A DNA stretch of 64,000 bases from Bacillota bacterium (GCA_012518215.1 JAAYSV010000008.1:166452-230451); one strand, 5' to 3'. Shown: positions 45,574 through 56,788, numbered from the stretch's first letter. Numbers and translations: made by a program. The notes: a model not told the origin generated them from the sequence alone.

Positions 45574-46779
45574 ATGAGATCCAAAGATCTGAAACCGAAG
45601 ATAGCTGTTCTGCTCATGATCATGTTCCTGGCACTGCCTCTATCCACCTGGGCGGAAGTAACCATGAAGCTTGATGTTGATCTGCCCCTTGCTGCCGAGG
45701 CAGCTGTTCTGATGGAAGCGCACAACAACCAGGTTCTTTATGACAGGAATGCGGAAACGCGCATGCACCCGGCCAGCTTGACCAAGATAATGACCCTCTT
45801 GCTGGTTGGTGAAGCCCTTGACCAGGAACTGATACATTGGGATGACCAGGTCAAGGTAAGCCTGAATGCTTACAGGATGAACATAGGCTCTCGAATGTTC
45901 CTCGAACATGAACAGTTGGTTTCCGTGGAGGATCTGGTCAAGGGTATCGCCATCATCTCTGCCAACGATGCCTGCGTGGCCATCGCTGAATATATCCACG
46001 GCTCCGAGCAGGCGTTCGTGCAGAACATGAACAAACGGGCCGCGGAGCTGGGGCTGAAAAACACTTCTTTTGTCAACTCGCACGGTCTTCATGATCCCGG
46101 CCAGTACATGAGTGCCATGGATGTCGCATGCCTGGCCGCCTTCTTTATCCGCACCCAGCAAAAAATAGCCAGATTTCAGGCAGAAAAGGAATGGACCTTC
46201 AACAACATCAGGCAATTCAACCGCAACCCCCTTCTGGGTAAATATGAAGGGGTCGACGGAATCAAAACCGGTTTTCTCAACGAGGCCGGCTGGTGTCTGG
46301 CCGCAACTGCAAAAAGGGATGACCTCCGTCTCATTTCCGTGGTGATGAAATCCCCCGATGCCGCCACCCGCAAGACGGACAGCGAGGTTCTCCTGCAGCA
46401 TGGGTTCAATCGCTATGAATCGATCAAGATAGCCGCTGCCGGTGAAACGATGGAATCCATAAAAGTTTCCCGTGGAAAAGAAAAGACCGTTCCTGTGGTC
46501 CCCGCCGAGGATATAGATGTCGTGATCCCCAGGGGGCAGGAACGTTTTATCAAAGAAAAATTGACCATGGAACAGAAAAAAGTAAAAGCACCCCTGAAAA
46601 AAGGAGATGAACTGGGGCACCTGAAGGTTTTTTACGACCAGGACCTCCTGTTGGATAAAAAACTGGTTGCCGGCAAGGACATCGAGCGCCAGGGCTTTTT
46701 TGCCCATATCGGCAGTTCGATCAAGGGATTCTTTGTCGGTATATGGCAGCGCATCTTCGGCCCGGGGAAAAAAAGTTGA
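45574..46779 (+). CDS. D-alanyl-D-alanine carboxypeptidase (PBP5/DacA-DacF family, S11 peptidase) with signal peptide
   Basis: Signal peptide KIAVLLMIMFLALPLSTWA. Motifs SLTKIMT (SxxK), SANDA (SxN) and KTGF (KTG). C-terminal PBP5-C domain. SD GGGAGG. Confidence 0.85.
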   Translation: MRSKDLKPKIAVLLMIMFLALPLSTWAEVTMKLDVDLPLAAEAAVLMEAHNNQVLYDRNAETRMHPASLTKIMTLLLVGEALDQELIHWDDQVKVSLNAYRMNIGSRMFLEHEQLVSVEDLVKGIAIISANDACVAIAEYIHGSEQAFVQNMNKRAAELGLKNTSFVNSHGLHDPGQYMSAMDVACLAAFFIRTQQKIARFQAEKEWTFNNIRQFNRNPLLGKYEGVDGIKTGFLNEAGWCLAATAKRDDLRLISVVMKSPDAATRKTDSEVLLQHGFNRYESIKIAAAGETMESIKVSRGKEKTVPVVPAEDIDVVIPRGQERFIKEKLTMEQKKVKAPLKKGDELGHLKVFYDQDLLLDKKLVAGKDIERQGFFAHIGSSIKGFFVGIWQRIFGPGKKS

Positions 46780-46949
46780 CGGGCAGGGCAGTTATTCTGC
46801 CCTCCACCCGGTGATTTCGCCAAATAATTTTCATCCGCCCCCTGTACGGAGTACAATACCCGGGTTGCAAGAACAAAACAAAAAGGGCACTGCACCCTGT
46901 CATTGATAGATGCAATGCCCTTTTTCCTGTCAGTCGATGGCGCCGCTAC

Positions 46950-46991
46950 ATGTTCAAATTCAATATAGACGTCCCGATCAAGCGGGACGTC
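46950..46991 (-). terminator. Candidate terminator after ppdK
   Basis: GACGUCCCG-CUUGAU-CGGGACGUC, a 9-bp stem, followed by UAUAUUGAAUUU. Confidence 0.45.
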
Positions 46992-46996
46992 GCCTG

Positions 46997-49654
46997 TTAA
47001 CGTGACTGATTTATCGCAGCCTGTGCCGCAGCCAGGCGTGCCACGGGAACGCGGAAAGGAGAACAACTCACATAATCGAGCCCGACTTCCCGGAAAAATT
47101 TGACCGAAGCGGGGTTACCACCGTGTTCCCCGCAGACACCCTGCTCCAGGCCCGGTTTGATCAATCGGCCTTTCTCCACGGCAATTCGCACCAGTTCGCC
47201 AACCCCGTCCCGATCTATTTCCATGAAAGGATTTCTGGCCAGGATTTTATTTTCAAGATAATGCGGAAGGAATTTGCCTTCGGCATCATCCCGGCTGAAG
47301 CCAAACGTGGTCTGGGTCAGATCGTTGGTGCCGAAGGAGAAGAAATCGGCATGTTTGGCAATCCGCTCCGCGATCATGCAAGCCCGGGGAAGTTCGATCA
47401 TCGTCCCCACGGGGTATGATAATTTTACCGATGTCTCCTTCTCCACCTCGGCCATGACCCCTTCCACCAGTTCCCTGATGGCCTTGATCTCACCCTCATT
47501 CCCGACCAGCGGAATCATGATCTCCGGCATGATCCTGGCCTCCTCGACCCCTTCCTTGATGAGTTCCACTGCCGCTTCCAGAATGGCCCTGACTTGCATC
47601 CTGTAAATCTCGGGAAAGACCAGGCCCAGGCGGCAGCCCCGATGCCCCAGCATGGGATTGAACTCATGCAGGGCATTGACCTTCTGCCAGAGTGCCTCCT
47701 TCTCCTTCAACGCCGCGGATTCACCCTTTTTTCTCAGATCATTCACTTGCAGCAGCAGTTCATCGCGATCCGGTAGAAACTCATGTAGTGGCGGGTCAAG
47801 CAGCCGCACCGTGACCGGATAGCCGAGCATTGCTTCAAAGATTCCCTTGAAATCGTCCCGCTGCAACGGCAAGATGCGTTGCAGGGCCGCCTCTCTTTTT
47901 TCCATGGATTCGGCCAGAATCATCTCCTGGACCACGGGCAGGCGTTCCGGTGAGAAAAACATATGCTCGGTGCGGCAGAGGCCGATCCCTTCCGCACCCA
48001 GCTCTATAGCCCGGGCAGCATCCCCGGGGGTGTCAGCATTGGCCCTGACCTTCATCGTCCTGACCTGATCGGCCCAATCAAGGATGGTCTGGAAATCCCC
48101 GCTGATCCGGTGTTCGACCATCGGTACTTCACCCCACATCACCCTCCCCGTGGCTCCGTCGATGGAAATGACCTCCCCCCTGGTCACGGTCCGTCCGTCA
48201 ACCTGCAAACACTGGTTTTCATTGTCTACCCGGATCTCTTCACTCCCGCAAACACAAGGTTTTCCCATTCCCCGCGCCACCACCGCTGCATGGCTGGTCA
48301 TCCCCCCCCGGCTGGTAAGGATACCCTCGGCGGCGATCATTCCGTGAATATCATCCGGCGTTGTCTCCGTCCGGACCAGGATGACCTTGCGTCCTTTTTC
48401 ACTCCATTCCTCGGCCGTATCCGCATCGAAAACCACCTGCCCCGCAGCGGCCCCCGGAGATGCCGGTAGCCCGCCGGCGATGACATCCAATGCCGCCCGC
48501 TCATCGATCTGGCGGTGCATCAACTGTTCAAGCTGATCCGGCTCTATCCTCGATATGGCCTCTTCCCTGGAGATAATCCCCTCCTCAACCAGATCCACGG
48601 CCACCTTCACTGCCGAAGCCGCCGTCCTCTTTCCCGTCCTCGTCTGTAGAAAATAAAGTTTCCCTTCCTCTATGGTAAATTCTATATCCTGCATATCCCT
48701 GTAATGCTTCTCGAGTTTCTTGCAGAGGCGGATCAATTCATCGTAGATCCGGGGCATTTCGTCTTTCAATTCATCGATATGTTTCGGGGTACGAATTCCG
48801 GCCACCACATCTTCACCCTGGGCATTGATCAGGTATTCCCCGTACAGTTTGTTTTCTCCGGTGGAGGGGTTGCGGGTAAAGATAACCCCCGTACCACTGC
48901 TCTCGCCACGGTTGCCAAAAACCATCGTCTGCACATTTACCGCCGTTCCCAGATCATCGGGAATATTGTTTGCCCTTCTGTAAACGTTTGCCCGCGGCGT
49001 GTTCCAGGAATCAAAAACAGCCTGAATCGAACGAAAAAGTTGTTCCCGGGGATCGTTGGGGAATGGCTGCGCGGTTTCTTTCTCGGTCACAGCGATGAAC
49101 CGATCTATGATTACCTCCAGCGCCTCTTCATCAAGTTCAATATCGGTCTGGAAGCCCCTTCTATCCTTTTCCTCCTGCATGATTCCATCAAAATCATGTT
49201 CCACCTTGAGCACCACATCACTGTACATCTGTATAAAACGACGATAGCAATCCAGAGCAAAGCGGCGGTCGCCAACCTGCCTGGCCAGACCCTCCGTTGT
49301 TTCCCGGTTCAGGCCCAGATTCAAGATAGTATCCATCATCCCGGGCATGGACACCACTGCCCCGGAACGCACGGAGAGCAACAAGGGTTTTTCTGCATCA
49401 CCGAACCTCTTGCCCATCTTCTTTTCCAGCGCTTTCAGATGCTCCTCGACTTCCTCTTTCAAGGAAGAAGACATCGTCTGCCCTTCCTCGTAATAACGGA
49501 TACAAGCTTCTGTAGTCACCACGAAACCGGGGGGAACGACCAGCCCGATGCGGATCATTTCCGCCAGGTTGGCCCCTTTCCCTCCCAGCAGTGCTTTCAT
49601 CTCTGCTCGCCCTTCCTCAAAACTGTACACCTGCTTTTCGGGGATGATGGCCAT
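46997..49654 (-). CDS. ppdK: Pyruvate, phosphate dikinase
   Basis: 885 aa. MAIIPEKQVYSFEEG..., phospho-His domain (GGMTSHAAVVARGMG) and PEP/pyruvate TIM-barrel C-domain (NDLTQTTFGFSRDD). Confidence 0.95.
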   Translation of the reverse strand: MAIIPEKQVYSFEEGRAEMKALLGGKGANLAEMIRIGLVVPPGFVVTTEACIRYYEEGQTMSSSLKEEVEEHLKALEKKMGKRFGDAEKPLLLSVRSGAVVSMPGMMDTILNLGLNRETTEGLARQVGDRRFALDCYRRFIQMYSDVVLKVEHDFDGIMQEEKDRRGFQTDIELDEEALEVIIDRFIAVTEKETAQPFPNDPREQLFRSIQAVFDSWNTPRANVYRRANNIPDDLGTAVNVQTMVFGNRGESSGTGVIFTRNPSTGENKLYGEYLINAQGEDVVAGIRTPKHIDELKDEMPRIYDELIRLCKKLEKHYRDMQDIEFTIEEGKLYFLQTRTGKRTAASAVKVAVDLVEEGIISREEAISRIEPDQLEQLMHRQIDERAALDVIAGGLPASPGAAAGQVVFDADTAEEWSEKGRKVILVRTETTPDDIHGMIAAEGILTSRGGMTSHAAVVARGMGKPCVCGSEEIRVDNENQCLQVDGRTVTRGEVISIDGATGRVMWGEVPMVEHRISGDFQTILDWADQVRTMKVRANADTPGDAARAIELGAEGIGLCRTEHMFFSPERLPVVQEMILAESMEKREAALQRILPLQRDDFKGIFEAMLGYPVTVRLLDPPLHEFLPDRDELLLQVNDLRKKGESAALKEKEALWQKVNALHEFNPMLGHRGCRLGLVFPEIYRMQVRAILEAAVELIKEGVEEARIMPEIMIPLVGNEGEIKAIRELVEGVMAEVEKETSVKLSYPVGTMIELPRACMIAERIAKHADFFSFGTNDLTQTTFGFSRDDAEGKFLPHYLENKILARNPFMEIDRDGVGELVRIAVEKGRLIKPGLEQGVCGEHGGNPASVKFFREVGLDYVSCSPFRVPVARLAAAQAAINQSR

Positions 49655-49806
49655 ATTCTTTCAAAAACCTCCTTGGTAGATATTTTTCCTGACGCAGGGC
49701 TCTACCCTTGCGTTCCTCGGCTCCGAAAAGATGGGCCCGCCGTTGGACTCTACAAAGATATCGCTTTTATTATTAACGGACCGGGAACCGTTATTCATAT
49801 TTTATT

Positions 49807-51894
49807 TCAAGTGATCTGGATTAATGAAAATTCCGCATAACGGTTGAACATTTTTTTTATCCGCGCCAGCATGTTGAGGCGATTATTCCGCAGCGATTCG
49901 TCATCGGCCATAACCAGGACTTTATCAAAAAACAGATCGACGTCTGCCCTCAGGCTTCCGAAGGTGGATAGAACCCCCTCGTAATTGGATTCCGCCCATT
50001 CCTCCCCACTTTGGATTTCAGCCTCCTGCAAGGCCTGCCAGAGCCGGGATTCAGCCGGGTCTTCGAACAGGGAATCATCTACATCACCACCGCCCGGAAT
50101 GTGGCGGACCATGTTATGCACCCTGGTATAGAGAGCCAACGCATCTTCAAGATATTTTTGTCCACGGGCCTCCTGCAAAACCGATGCCCGTTTGAACAGA
50201 TCGGCAATGATTTCGTACGGCACTGCCAGAACCGCATCTATTATATCATAGGGTAGATTTTTTTCCTTCAAAAACAGGTATCTGATCCTCTGTGTAACAA
50301 AATCCCCCATCTTCTGCCTGGCCTCTTCCCCTTCTGCAGGTTCTTTCCCGCCGTTTTGCTCGATCTGCAAAAATGCTTCATTGATGGCCCGGGGGAGAGA
50401 GACCGGGATCTTTTTCTCCAGGAGGATACTTGCCATCCCCAATGCCTGCCTTCTCAAAGCATAGGGGTCTTCCGACCCGGTAGGCTGTATACCGGCGTAA
50501 AAACAAGAGGCCAACGTGTCCAGCCTGTCGGCAAGTGACACGAGCAATCCGGCATTGGAAGAAGGCAGATCATCACCCGCAGATCTGGGCAGGTAATGTT
50601 CATACACTGCCCCGGCAACCCCTTCCCCCTCTCCGCTCAGAATGGCATATTCCCTGCCCATGACTCCCTGCAACTCGGGAAATTCCTTGACCATGTTGGT
50701 GATCAGATCGGCTTTGCATAGATAGGCTGCCCTCCCCGCTTCTTCCAGATCCCGGGAGGAGAGGCCCCATTGTTCCCCCATGTATTGCGTAAGATGTTTA
50801 ATCCTTCCGGTTTTTTCGAACAGGGAGCCCACCGCTTCCAGAAAAACAACCTTTTTCAGATCGGGTACATACTCATCCAGCCCGATCTTCGCATCTTCGC
50901 GGTAGAAAAAAACTGCGTCGGCCAGACGGGCCTCGATCACCTTCTCGTAGCCCCGCTGTGTATGTTCGCTGTGAAGATTGTTGCTGATCCCCAGAAAATT
51001 GGGCATCAATTCTCCCGTAGAAAGCGAAACCACGGGGAAAAAACGCTGATGCACCTGCATCGTCGTCACCAGAACTTCCGGGGGTATGCTCAGATATTCT
51101 TCCGGGAACGACCCGCTGATCGCCACGGGATATTCAACAAGGTAAGAAACTTCTTCCAGCAATTCCGGCGTGTACAGGGGTTTCCCGCCCAATTCCGCTG
51201 CACTTTCCATCAGCATTTCCAGGATATACTCTTTCCGTTCCTGCCTGTCGATGATGACATGATTATCCTTCATGGCCCGGAAATATTCATCTGCATCCAC
51301 CAACTCGATGGCCCCACCGGAAAGAAATCGGTGGCCGTATGTTTTTCTTGAGGAAAGCACGCCGGCAAAATCAAAATTCACTTCCCGGTGTCCAAAAAGG
51401 CATAAAAGCCAGCGTACGGGCCGCGCAAAGCGGGTTCCTTTTTTCTGCCAGTACATGGATCTCGGAAATCTGATCAAGCTGGCAATCTGGTACATCAATG
51501 CCGGAAGCAATTCCATGGTTGGTTTTCCGTAAACCTCTTTTTGGGCCACAAGGTATTCCGTCCCGTTGATCGTTTTTCTGGCGAGATCCTCCACTTCTAC
51601 CCCGGCACGCCGGGCAAAACCTGTAGAAGCAGCGGTGGGGAATCCATCATGGTCAAAAGCGTTCTTGACCGGAGGCCCTTTCAGTTCTTTCACCAGATCC
51701 TCCTGGCCTTCGGCCACCCCTTCGAGCATCACGGCCAATCGGCGCGGTGTGGACCAGCTTCGTGCCCCGCTGAACCTGATTCTTTTTTCTTCAAACAGTG
51801 ACGTTGCAATATCCTTTATCTGTTGCGTGGCCGAAGCCAGATACCGCGAAGGAATCTCCTCACAACCTATTTCCAGGAGCAGATTAGCGGGCAA
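49807..51894 (-). CDS. glyS: Glycyl-tRNA synthetase beta subunit
   Basis: 695 aa starting [15 protein letters not shown]... TTG start with SD AAGGAGG (spacer 8). 11-nt overlap with glyQ. Confidence 0.95.
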   Translation of the reverse strand: MPANLLLEIGCEEIPSRYLASATQQIKDIATSLFEEKRIRFSGARSWSTPRRLAVMLEGVAEGQEDLVKELKGPPVKNAFDHDGFPTAASTGFARRAGVEVEDLARKTINGTEYLVAQKEVYGKPTMELLPALMYQIASLIRFPRSMYWQKKGTRFARPVRWLLCLFGHREVNFDFAGVLSSRKTYGHRFLSGGAIELVDADEYFRAMKDNHVIIDRQERKEYILEMLMESAAELGGKPLYTPELLEEVSYLVEYPVAISGSFPEEYLSIPPEVLVTTMQVHQRFFPVVSLSTGELMPNFLGISNNLHSEHTQRGYEKVIEARLADAVFFYREDAKIGLDEYVPDLKKVVFLEAVGSLFEKTGRIKHLTQYMGEQWGLSSRDLEEAGRAAYLCKADLITNMVKEFPELQGVMGREYAILSGEGEGVAGAVYEHYLPRSAGDDLPSSNAGLLVSLADRLDTLASCFYAGIQPTGSEDPYALRRQALGMASILLEKKIPVSLPRAINEAFLQIEQNGGKEPAEGEEARQKMGDFVTQRIRYLFLKEKNLPYDIIDAVLAVPYEIIADLFKRASVLQEARGQKYLEDALALYTRVHNMVRHIPGGGDVDDSLFEDPAESRLWQALQEAEIQSGEEWAESNYEGVLSTFGSLRADVDLFFDKVLVMADDESLRNNRLNMLARIKKMFNRYAEFSLIQIT

Positions 51895-52771
51895 TTGTTT
51901 CGCCTCCTTGCATCAGTGGATAATTGATCTGCTCACGTTGTTCCAGATATTTTCGGGCACAGGTCCGTGCCAGGGAACGAACCCTGGCAATAAAACCTGT
52001 TCTTTCGGTGACACTTATCGCCCCCCTGGCCTCCAGCAGATTGAATACATGCGAACACTTCAGAATATAATCGTAAGCAGGTATGATCAAATCACTCTGT
52101 AGTAGAGTGCGTGCTTCTTCCTCGTAGAGAGTGAAAAGCCGAAGCAACATATCCATATCGGATGCCTCGAAACTGTAAGTGGAATGTTCCCATTCCGCCC
52201 TTCGGAAGATCTCCCCGTAAGATACACCCTTCTTCCATATGAGGTCATAGACGTTATCCCTGTCCTGAATATACATCGCTATCCGTTCCAACCCGTATGT
52301 GATCTCCACCGCGACCTCTTCCACATCAAAGCCCCCGACCTGCTGAAAATATGTGAACTGGGTTATCTCCATCCCGTCGAGCCATACCTCCCACCCCAAT
52401 CCCCAGGCTCCGAGTGTCGGTGACTCCCAGTTGTCTTCCACGAAACGGATGTCATGTTCGGCCGGATCAACCCCCAGAACTCTCAGGCTCTCTATGTACA
52501 GATCCTGTATATCGGCCGGAGCAGGTTTGATGATCACCTGGAATTGCAAATGCTGGAAAAGCCTGTTGGGATTCTCCCCGTAGCGCCCATCCTGCGGCCT
52601 TCGCGAAGGCTCCAGGTAAGCCACCGCCCATGGTTCCGGGCCGAGCGCCCTTAAAAAAGTAGCCGGATTCATGGTTCCCGCCCCCTTTTCCATATCATAG
52701 GGGTACCAGAGCAGGCAGTCCTGTTCCATCCAAAATTTTTGCAGAAAAACAATGATGTTCTGAAAAACCAA
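51884..52771 (-). CDS. glyQ: Glycyl-tRNA synthetase alpha subunit
   Basis: [48 protein letters not shown]... is the canonical GlyQ. TTG start with SD AAAGGAGG. Confidence 0.95.
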   Translation of the reverse strand: MVFQNIIVFLQKFWMEQDCLLWYPYDMEKGAGTMNPATFLRALGPEPWAVAYLEPSRRPQDGRYGENPNRLFQHLQFQVIIKPAPADIQDLYIESLRVLGVDPAEHDIRFVEDNWESPTLGAWGLGWEVWLDGMEITQFTYFQQVGGFDVEEVAVEITYGLERIAMYIQDRDNVYDLIWKKGVSYGEIFRRAEWEHSTYSFEASDMDMLLRLFTLYEEEARTLLQSDLIIPAYDYILKCSHVFNLLEARGAISVTERTGFIARVRSLARTCARKYLEQREQINYPLMQGGETIAR

Positions 52772-52794
52772 CGCTTCAACCTCCTTTCAGTTCT

Positions 52795-53544
52795 TCATTC
52801 CCCGTCGGGGAAATGCCGCCTGATATATTTCAGAGATTTACACTCTCCCACTTCCAGATAATAGCCGATCATTCCCATGGTAAAGTCACGGATCTCGCTT
52901 TTCTGTGAAGGGCTACCCCTTACAACCCCTATCTCCTCGAAAGAATGATCCATAAAATATTTCACCAGTTTCTCTGCCCCTCCGGAGAAGCTCCGTGCCT
53001 GAAGATCTTTCCCTGCACAACTTCTGCAAACCAGCCCCCCCATCCCGGGGCTAAAATACCCTTTTTCTTCCGCATTGCAACCCGCGCATGCGGTGAAATG
53101 GGGGTGATATCCAACCGCGGAGAGCAGCTTGATCTCGAAAGCACGCGCCAACAAGAAAAAGTCCCGATCTTCCTTCAAAACCCGCCATGCATCGATCAGA
53201 AGCCCCAGTACCTTCCTGCTCCTTGCCTCCTCGACCAGTACCTTGTCCACGAGTTCGCTGAAATACAGGGCATGGGCATAGGCAGCCGGATCTTCCTTCA
53301 GATGAGCGAACGTTTCCAGGATCTCCTGTTGGGTCACCGTTGCCAGCGTTTTCCCCTGGTAGAGCATGTAATTGCCATGGGTAAACAGATCCACCCCGGC
53401 AGCCAGCTTGCTCTTGATTTTACGAGCCCCCCTGGCCACGGCATTGATCTTGCCTCTCTCCCGCGACAACAGGGTTACCAGCCGATCGGCCTCCCCCAGT
53501 TCGCGCGTCCGCAGAACAGCCGCTTCCGTTTTGAATAGCTTCAT
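52795..53544 (-). CDS. recO: DNA repair protein RecO
   Basis: 249 aa with N-terminal OB fold (MKLFKTEAAVLRTRELGEADRLVTLLSRERGKI) and zinc motif CAGC...CRSC. Confidence 0.9.
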   Translation of the reverse strand: MKLFKTEAAVLRTRELGEADRLVTLLSRERGKINAVARGARKIKSKLAAGVDLFTHGNYMLYQGKTLATVTQQEILETFAHLKEDPAAYAHALYFSELVDKVLVEEARSRKVLGLLIDAWRVLKEDRDFFLLARAFEIKLLSAVGYHPHFTACAGCNAEEKGYFSPGMGGLVCRSCAGKDLQARSFSGGAEKLVKYFMDHSFEEIGVVRGSPSQKSEIRDFTMGMIGYYLEVGECKSLKYIRRHFPDGE

Positions 53545-53552
53545 TTTCTACC

Positions 53553-54509
53553 TCAATCGCTCCTGTAGCCCAGATTCCTCAGCGCCGCCTCCCTGTCACG
53601 CCAGCCCGGGCTGACCTTTACCCACAGATCCATATAAACCTGTTGACCAAGCAGCGCTTCTATCTCGGGTCGCGCCTCTGTCCCTATTTCCCTCAGCATG
53701 CTCCCGCCTTTGCCGATGACGATACCTTTCTGCGATTTCCTGTCCACATGGATGACCGCCCGGATATCGATCAGTTCCCTGTTTTCCCGTTCCTTCATCT
53801 CCTCGATCTCCACGGCCACCGCAAAAGGAACCTCCTCGCGGGTAAGCTGCAGCACCTTCTCCCGGATCAGTTCACTGACCAGGAAATATTCAGGTTTGTC
53901 CGTTACCATATCGGGGGGATAATAGCGAGGGCCTTCCGGCATGCAAGCGATGATATCTTTCAACAGGGTGCCGATGTTCTCACCATGAAGGGCCGAGATC
54001 ATGTATTCTCCACCAAAAGCATGCAGTTGACGATAAAGAGCAAGGTGTTCCTCGCCCCTTGCCTGTGAAACACGATCGATTTTGTTCAGAACCAGAAATA
54101 CCGGTGTGTCTATACCCTTCAACCATCGGCTGATAAAAACATCCCCCCGTCCCGGCGGATGGTCTGCTTCCACAAAAAAGAGCACTACTTCCACGTCGTT
54201 CAAGGTGCTGTGAGCCGCCCCGACCATGTAGTTTCCCAGCCTGTGCCTGGGTTTATGGACACCCGGTGTATCGATAAAGATGATCTGGTATTCCTCATCG
54301 GTAAGGATGGCACGTATCTGATTGCGCGTGGTCTGGGGCTTGTCCGAAACGATTGCCGCTTTCTCCCCGACCACCTGGTTCAAGAAGGTTGATTTTCCAA
54401 CATTGGGCCTGCCGATGATGGACACAAATCCCGAACGGTACACCCCTTTGCCAGACCCCCCTGCCTGGATATTTTGACCCCCCATACCCCGTGCCTTGCC
54501 GCCATCCAA
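53553..54509 (-). CDS. era: GTPase Era
   Basis: SGFVSIIGRPNVGKSTFLN, DTPG and NKID G-motifs with a C-terminal KH domain. Start uncertain: TTG 54509, ATG 54485 or GTG 54443. Confidence 0.9.
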   Translation of the reverse strand: MDGGKARGMGGQNIQAGGSGKGVYRSGFVSIIGRPNVGKSTFLNQVVGEKAAIVSDKPQTTRNQIRAILTDEEYQIIFIDTPGVHKPRHRLGNYMVGAAHSTLNDVEVVLFFVEADHPPGRGDVFISRWLKGIDTPVFLVLNKIDRVSQARGEEHLALYRQLHAFGGEYMISALHGENIGTLLKDIIACMPEGPRYYPPDMVTDKPEYFLVSELIREKVLQLTREEVPFAVAVEIEEMKERENRELIDIRAVIHVDRKSQKGIVIGKGGSMLREIGTEARPEIEALLGQQVYMDLWVKVSPGWRDREAALRNLGYRSD

Positions 54510-54620
54510 TTATACATTTTCCCGCACCACCATGCAAAATGATTCACCTGCGCCTGTACACACGGCATGGCCTCCTCTATCATCCGGATCCCTGGCCCTC
54601 CCGTTTGCCGGAGGTAAAAA

Positions 54621-55052
54621 TCACCTTCCGAAATATCTCCGCGGAGAAGAAATCTTTGTAGTAACAAAGGGGTGGGGCAATATGTTGGAAAGCGGGGTTA
54701 TTATAATTTTGTGTTCCAGGTTGGCGGCAATGATTTGAATATCTCCTGCCAATTCCCATAGCACCTGGCGACAGGAACCGCAAGGGAAAACCGGTTCCGG
54801 GCTGTCGGCAGTCACGGCCAGGGCAAGAAAATTGTAATACCCCGCGGAGACCGCCGTGAAAACAGCAACTCGCTCGGCACATATTGTAAGGCTGGAAGAG
54901 GCATTTTCCAGATTTGCCCCGGCAAATATTTGCCCATCCTCGGCCAGCAATGCCGCCCCAACGGCAAACCCCGAATAGGGCGCATATGCCCCGGCCCGGG
55001 CCTTCTCCGCCGAAGCAATGATAATGTCAAGTTTCTGTTCATTCATTTTCAT
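54621..55052 (-). CDS. cdd: Cytidine deaminase
   Basis: AYAPYSGFAVGAALL, zinc ligands CAERVA and PCGSCRQ. Confidence 0.85.
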   Translation of the reverse strand: MKMNEQKLDIIIASAEKARAGAYAPYSGFAVGAALLAEDGQIFAGANLENASSSLTICAERVAVFTAVSAGYYNFLALAVTADSPEPVFPCGSCRQVLWELAGDIQIIAANLEHKIIITPLSNILPHPFVTTKISSPRRYFGR

Positions 55053-55061
55053 CCCCCGTTT

Positions 55062-56144
55062 TCAGGAACTCCTGGCATAACCGGGCAAGGTCAAGCTATC
55101 CACCTTCTCGACCTCGAAGGAAAGCCCCCGATCCCTCTCCATTGTATTTTTGATTATCTCCATACCACTGTTAAGGAGATCGGGGTCGCCCACAACCTTG
55201 ATTTCCACGGGGTTCACAGCAACCAGTTTGTCATCAACCTTGATCAGGGGGCCGGTGCATCTGATCGATGAAGTGGTAGTCAGCCTCTGGTCGCCCACGG
55301 CTATCCCCACGGCACCGGAAGCAAACAGCTCATTGACCACGTCACGTATATCGGTGTCGTGCACAAAGGAAGGATTGTCCACCGCCCCGATCTGGTCATA
55401 GATCCTGACGATCAGCCCTGAACCGGTCATCTCCGTCAAACCCGCGGAAACCCTGAGTTCCCTCAAGGCGACTCGCAAGGAATTGATTTCCTCCGTAAGT
55501 ATCTTTTTCAATTCCTCGGGATTTTCGTTGACCACCATGTGGACTTCGCCGTTGACCACTTCCATCTCCATAACATGTTCACGTCCCAGGTCATCAGATG
55601 ATATTATCTGCTGGATCCGGGCCAGAGTCGAAGGGCTCAACATATTGTAAGGTTCAAGCGTTATTTCATCTCCCGATATCTTCAGATTGATGCGCATCTG
55701 TTCGGTTATTTTCTTGACCTCTACATCCCGATTCAACGTCAGGATGATCTGGTCCTGCAATTCCGCTTCCCACTCCTGAAGGATTATCTCCTGTACCTTG
55801 CGCGGATGGCCAAGCAGAACCTGGGTTATCTCCTCCTTGGTGGAGGCTATTTCAATGTCATAGCTGAAATCGGCAAGGGCCTTCTTGACAGCAGACCGTT
55901 CCATGATCTTCAACTCCGTGGCCAGACGGCGATTGTAATCAAGAAGGCTGTTGGCCACGTACTGTTTGTAATTGAACTGCGAACTGCTCCCGGGAAATTG
56001 GGAAAACAGGATAAAAGCAACATAACCGGTCAGGAATACGTTGGCTGCCAGAATCACAACCATGGCTATGGCCAGATAGAAAATTGGTTTGTTGCCCGTG
56101 ATCACCTTTAACGGATTGTTGAATTGTTCCTGAACTTCGGACAA
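55062..56144 (-). CDS. DUF881-domain membrane protein (YlxW/YlxX-like)
   Basis: N-terminal TM helix. C-terminal region GLIVRIYD...VHDTDIRDVVNELFASGAVGIAVGDQRL...IRCTGPLIKVDDKL fits the DUF881 pattern. TTG start with SD GGGGAGGG. Confidence 0.65.
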   Translation of the reverse strand: MSEVQEQFNNPLKVITGNKPIFYLAIAMVVILAANVFLTGYVAFILFSQFPGSSSQFNYKQYVANSLLDYNRRLATELKIMERSAVKKALADFSYDIEIASTKEEITQVLLGHPRKVQEIILQEWEAELQDQIILTLNRDVEVKKITEQMRINLKISGDEITLEPYNMLSPSTLARIQQIISSDDLGREHVMEMEVVNGEVHMVVNENPEELKKILTEEINSLRVALRELRVSAGLTEMTGSGLIVRIYDQIGAVDNPSFVHDTDIRDVVNELFASGAVGIAVGDQRLTTTSSIRCTGPLIKVDDKLVAVNPVEIKVVGDPDLLNSGMEIIKNTMERDRGLSFEVEKVDSLTLPGYARSS

Positions 56145-56335
56145 GAAAGAACCCTCCCCGGTTATCCTGTTTTTGCCTGCTGCCTGTTATTAATATTAGA
56201 AACAGAGCGAGTCAATTCCTATCTGAAAAACGGAACAGAAAATTAAAATTCCTTAATATGTTGAGTGATCATGAATCGGCCCTGCAGGGGAAATGTGAAA
56301 TTGATGGACTGCACCCTTGCGATGGAGAGTATGTC

Positions 56336-56788
56336 CTAGAATGCTTTTCCAACCAGGTCTTCCACCAGCATCTCCATCTCCCGCCTGCCGGATTCATCGG
56401 CATGATCAAAACCCAGTAGATGATACAGGCCATGAGCCAGAAGGTACAAAATTTCTTTCTCCAGTGGTTCCCCGGTTTCCTCGATCCGGGCCAGGGCCCT
56501 GTCCACGGAAATATAAATCTCCCCGAGCAGCTGTCGCCTTTTTCCCCCGGGCATTTTTATCTCCCCGTCATCGTCAAGGGAAAAAGAAAGGACATCCGTT
56601 GGGCCCTTCTCCCGGCGGTATTTCTCATTCAGATGGGCCAGATGGTCATCCCCGGACAGGATGACGCCCATTTCAACATTCAAAATGTTTTCCTTGACCA
56701 GGAAAAACCTGATCATTTTCATCATCTGCCATCTGAGCAAGGAATTGTATTTGACTACCCTATGCACGTTATTCAGATAAACTTTCAT
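56336..56788 (-). CDS. ybeY: Endoribonuclease YbeY (rRNA maturation factor)
   Basis: 150 aa with the metal-binding motif HGLYHLLGFDH. Confidence 0.9.
   Translation of the reverse strand: MKVYLNNVHRVVKYNSLLRWQMMKMIRFFLVKENILNVEMGVILSGDDHLAHLNEKYRREKGPTDVLSFSLDDDGEIKMPGGKRRQLLGEIYISVDRALARIEETGEPLEKEILYLLAHGLYHLLGFDHADESGRREMEMLVEDLVGKAF

Noticed and set aside
45640-46707. 355-aa minus-strand ORF
   Set aside because: Antisense to the PBP5-family carboxypeptidase, which has a signal peptide and SxxK/SxN/KTG motifs.
48704-49840. 378-aa plus-strand ORF
   Set aside because: Antisense to ppdK.
52772-52794. T-box riboswitch upstream of glyQ
   Set aside because: Only 23 bp are available; no specifier loop or T-box sequence (AATTAGGGTGGNACCGCG) was found nearby.
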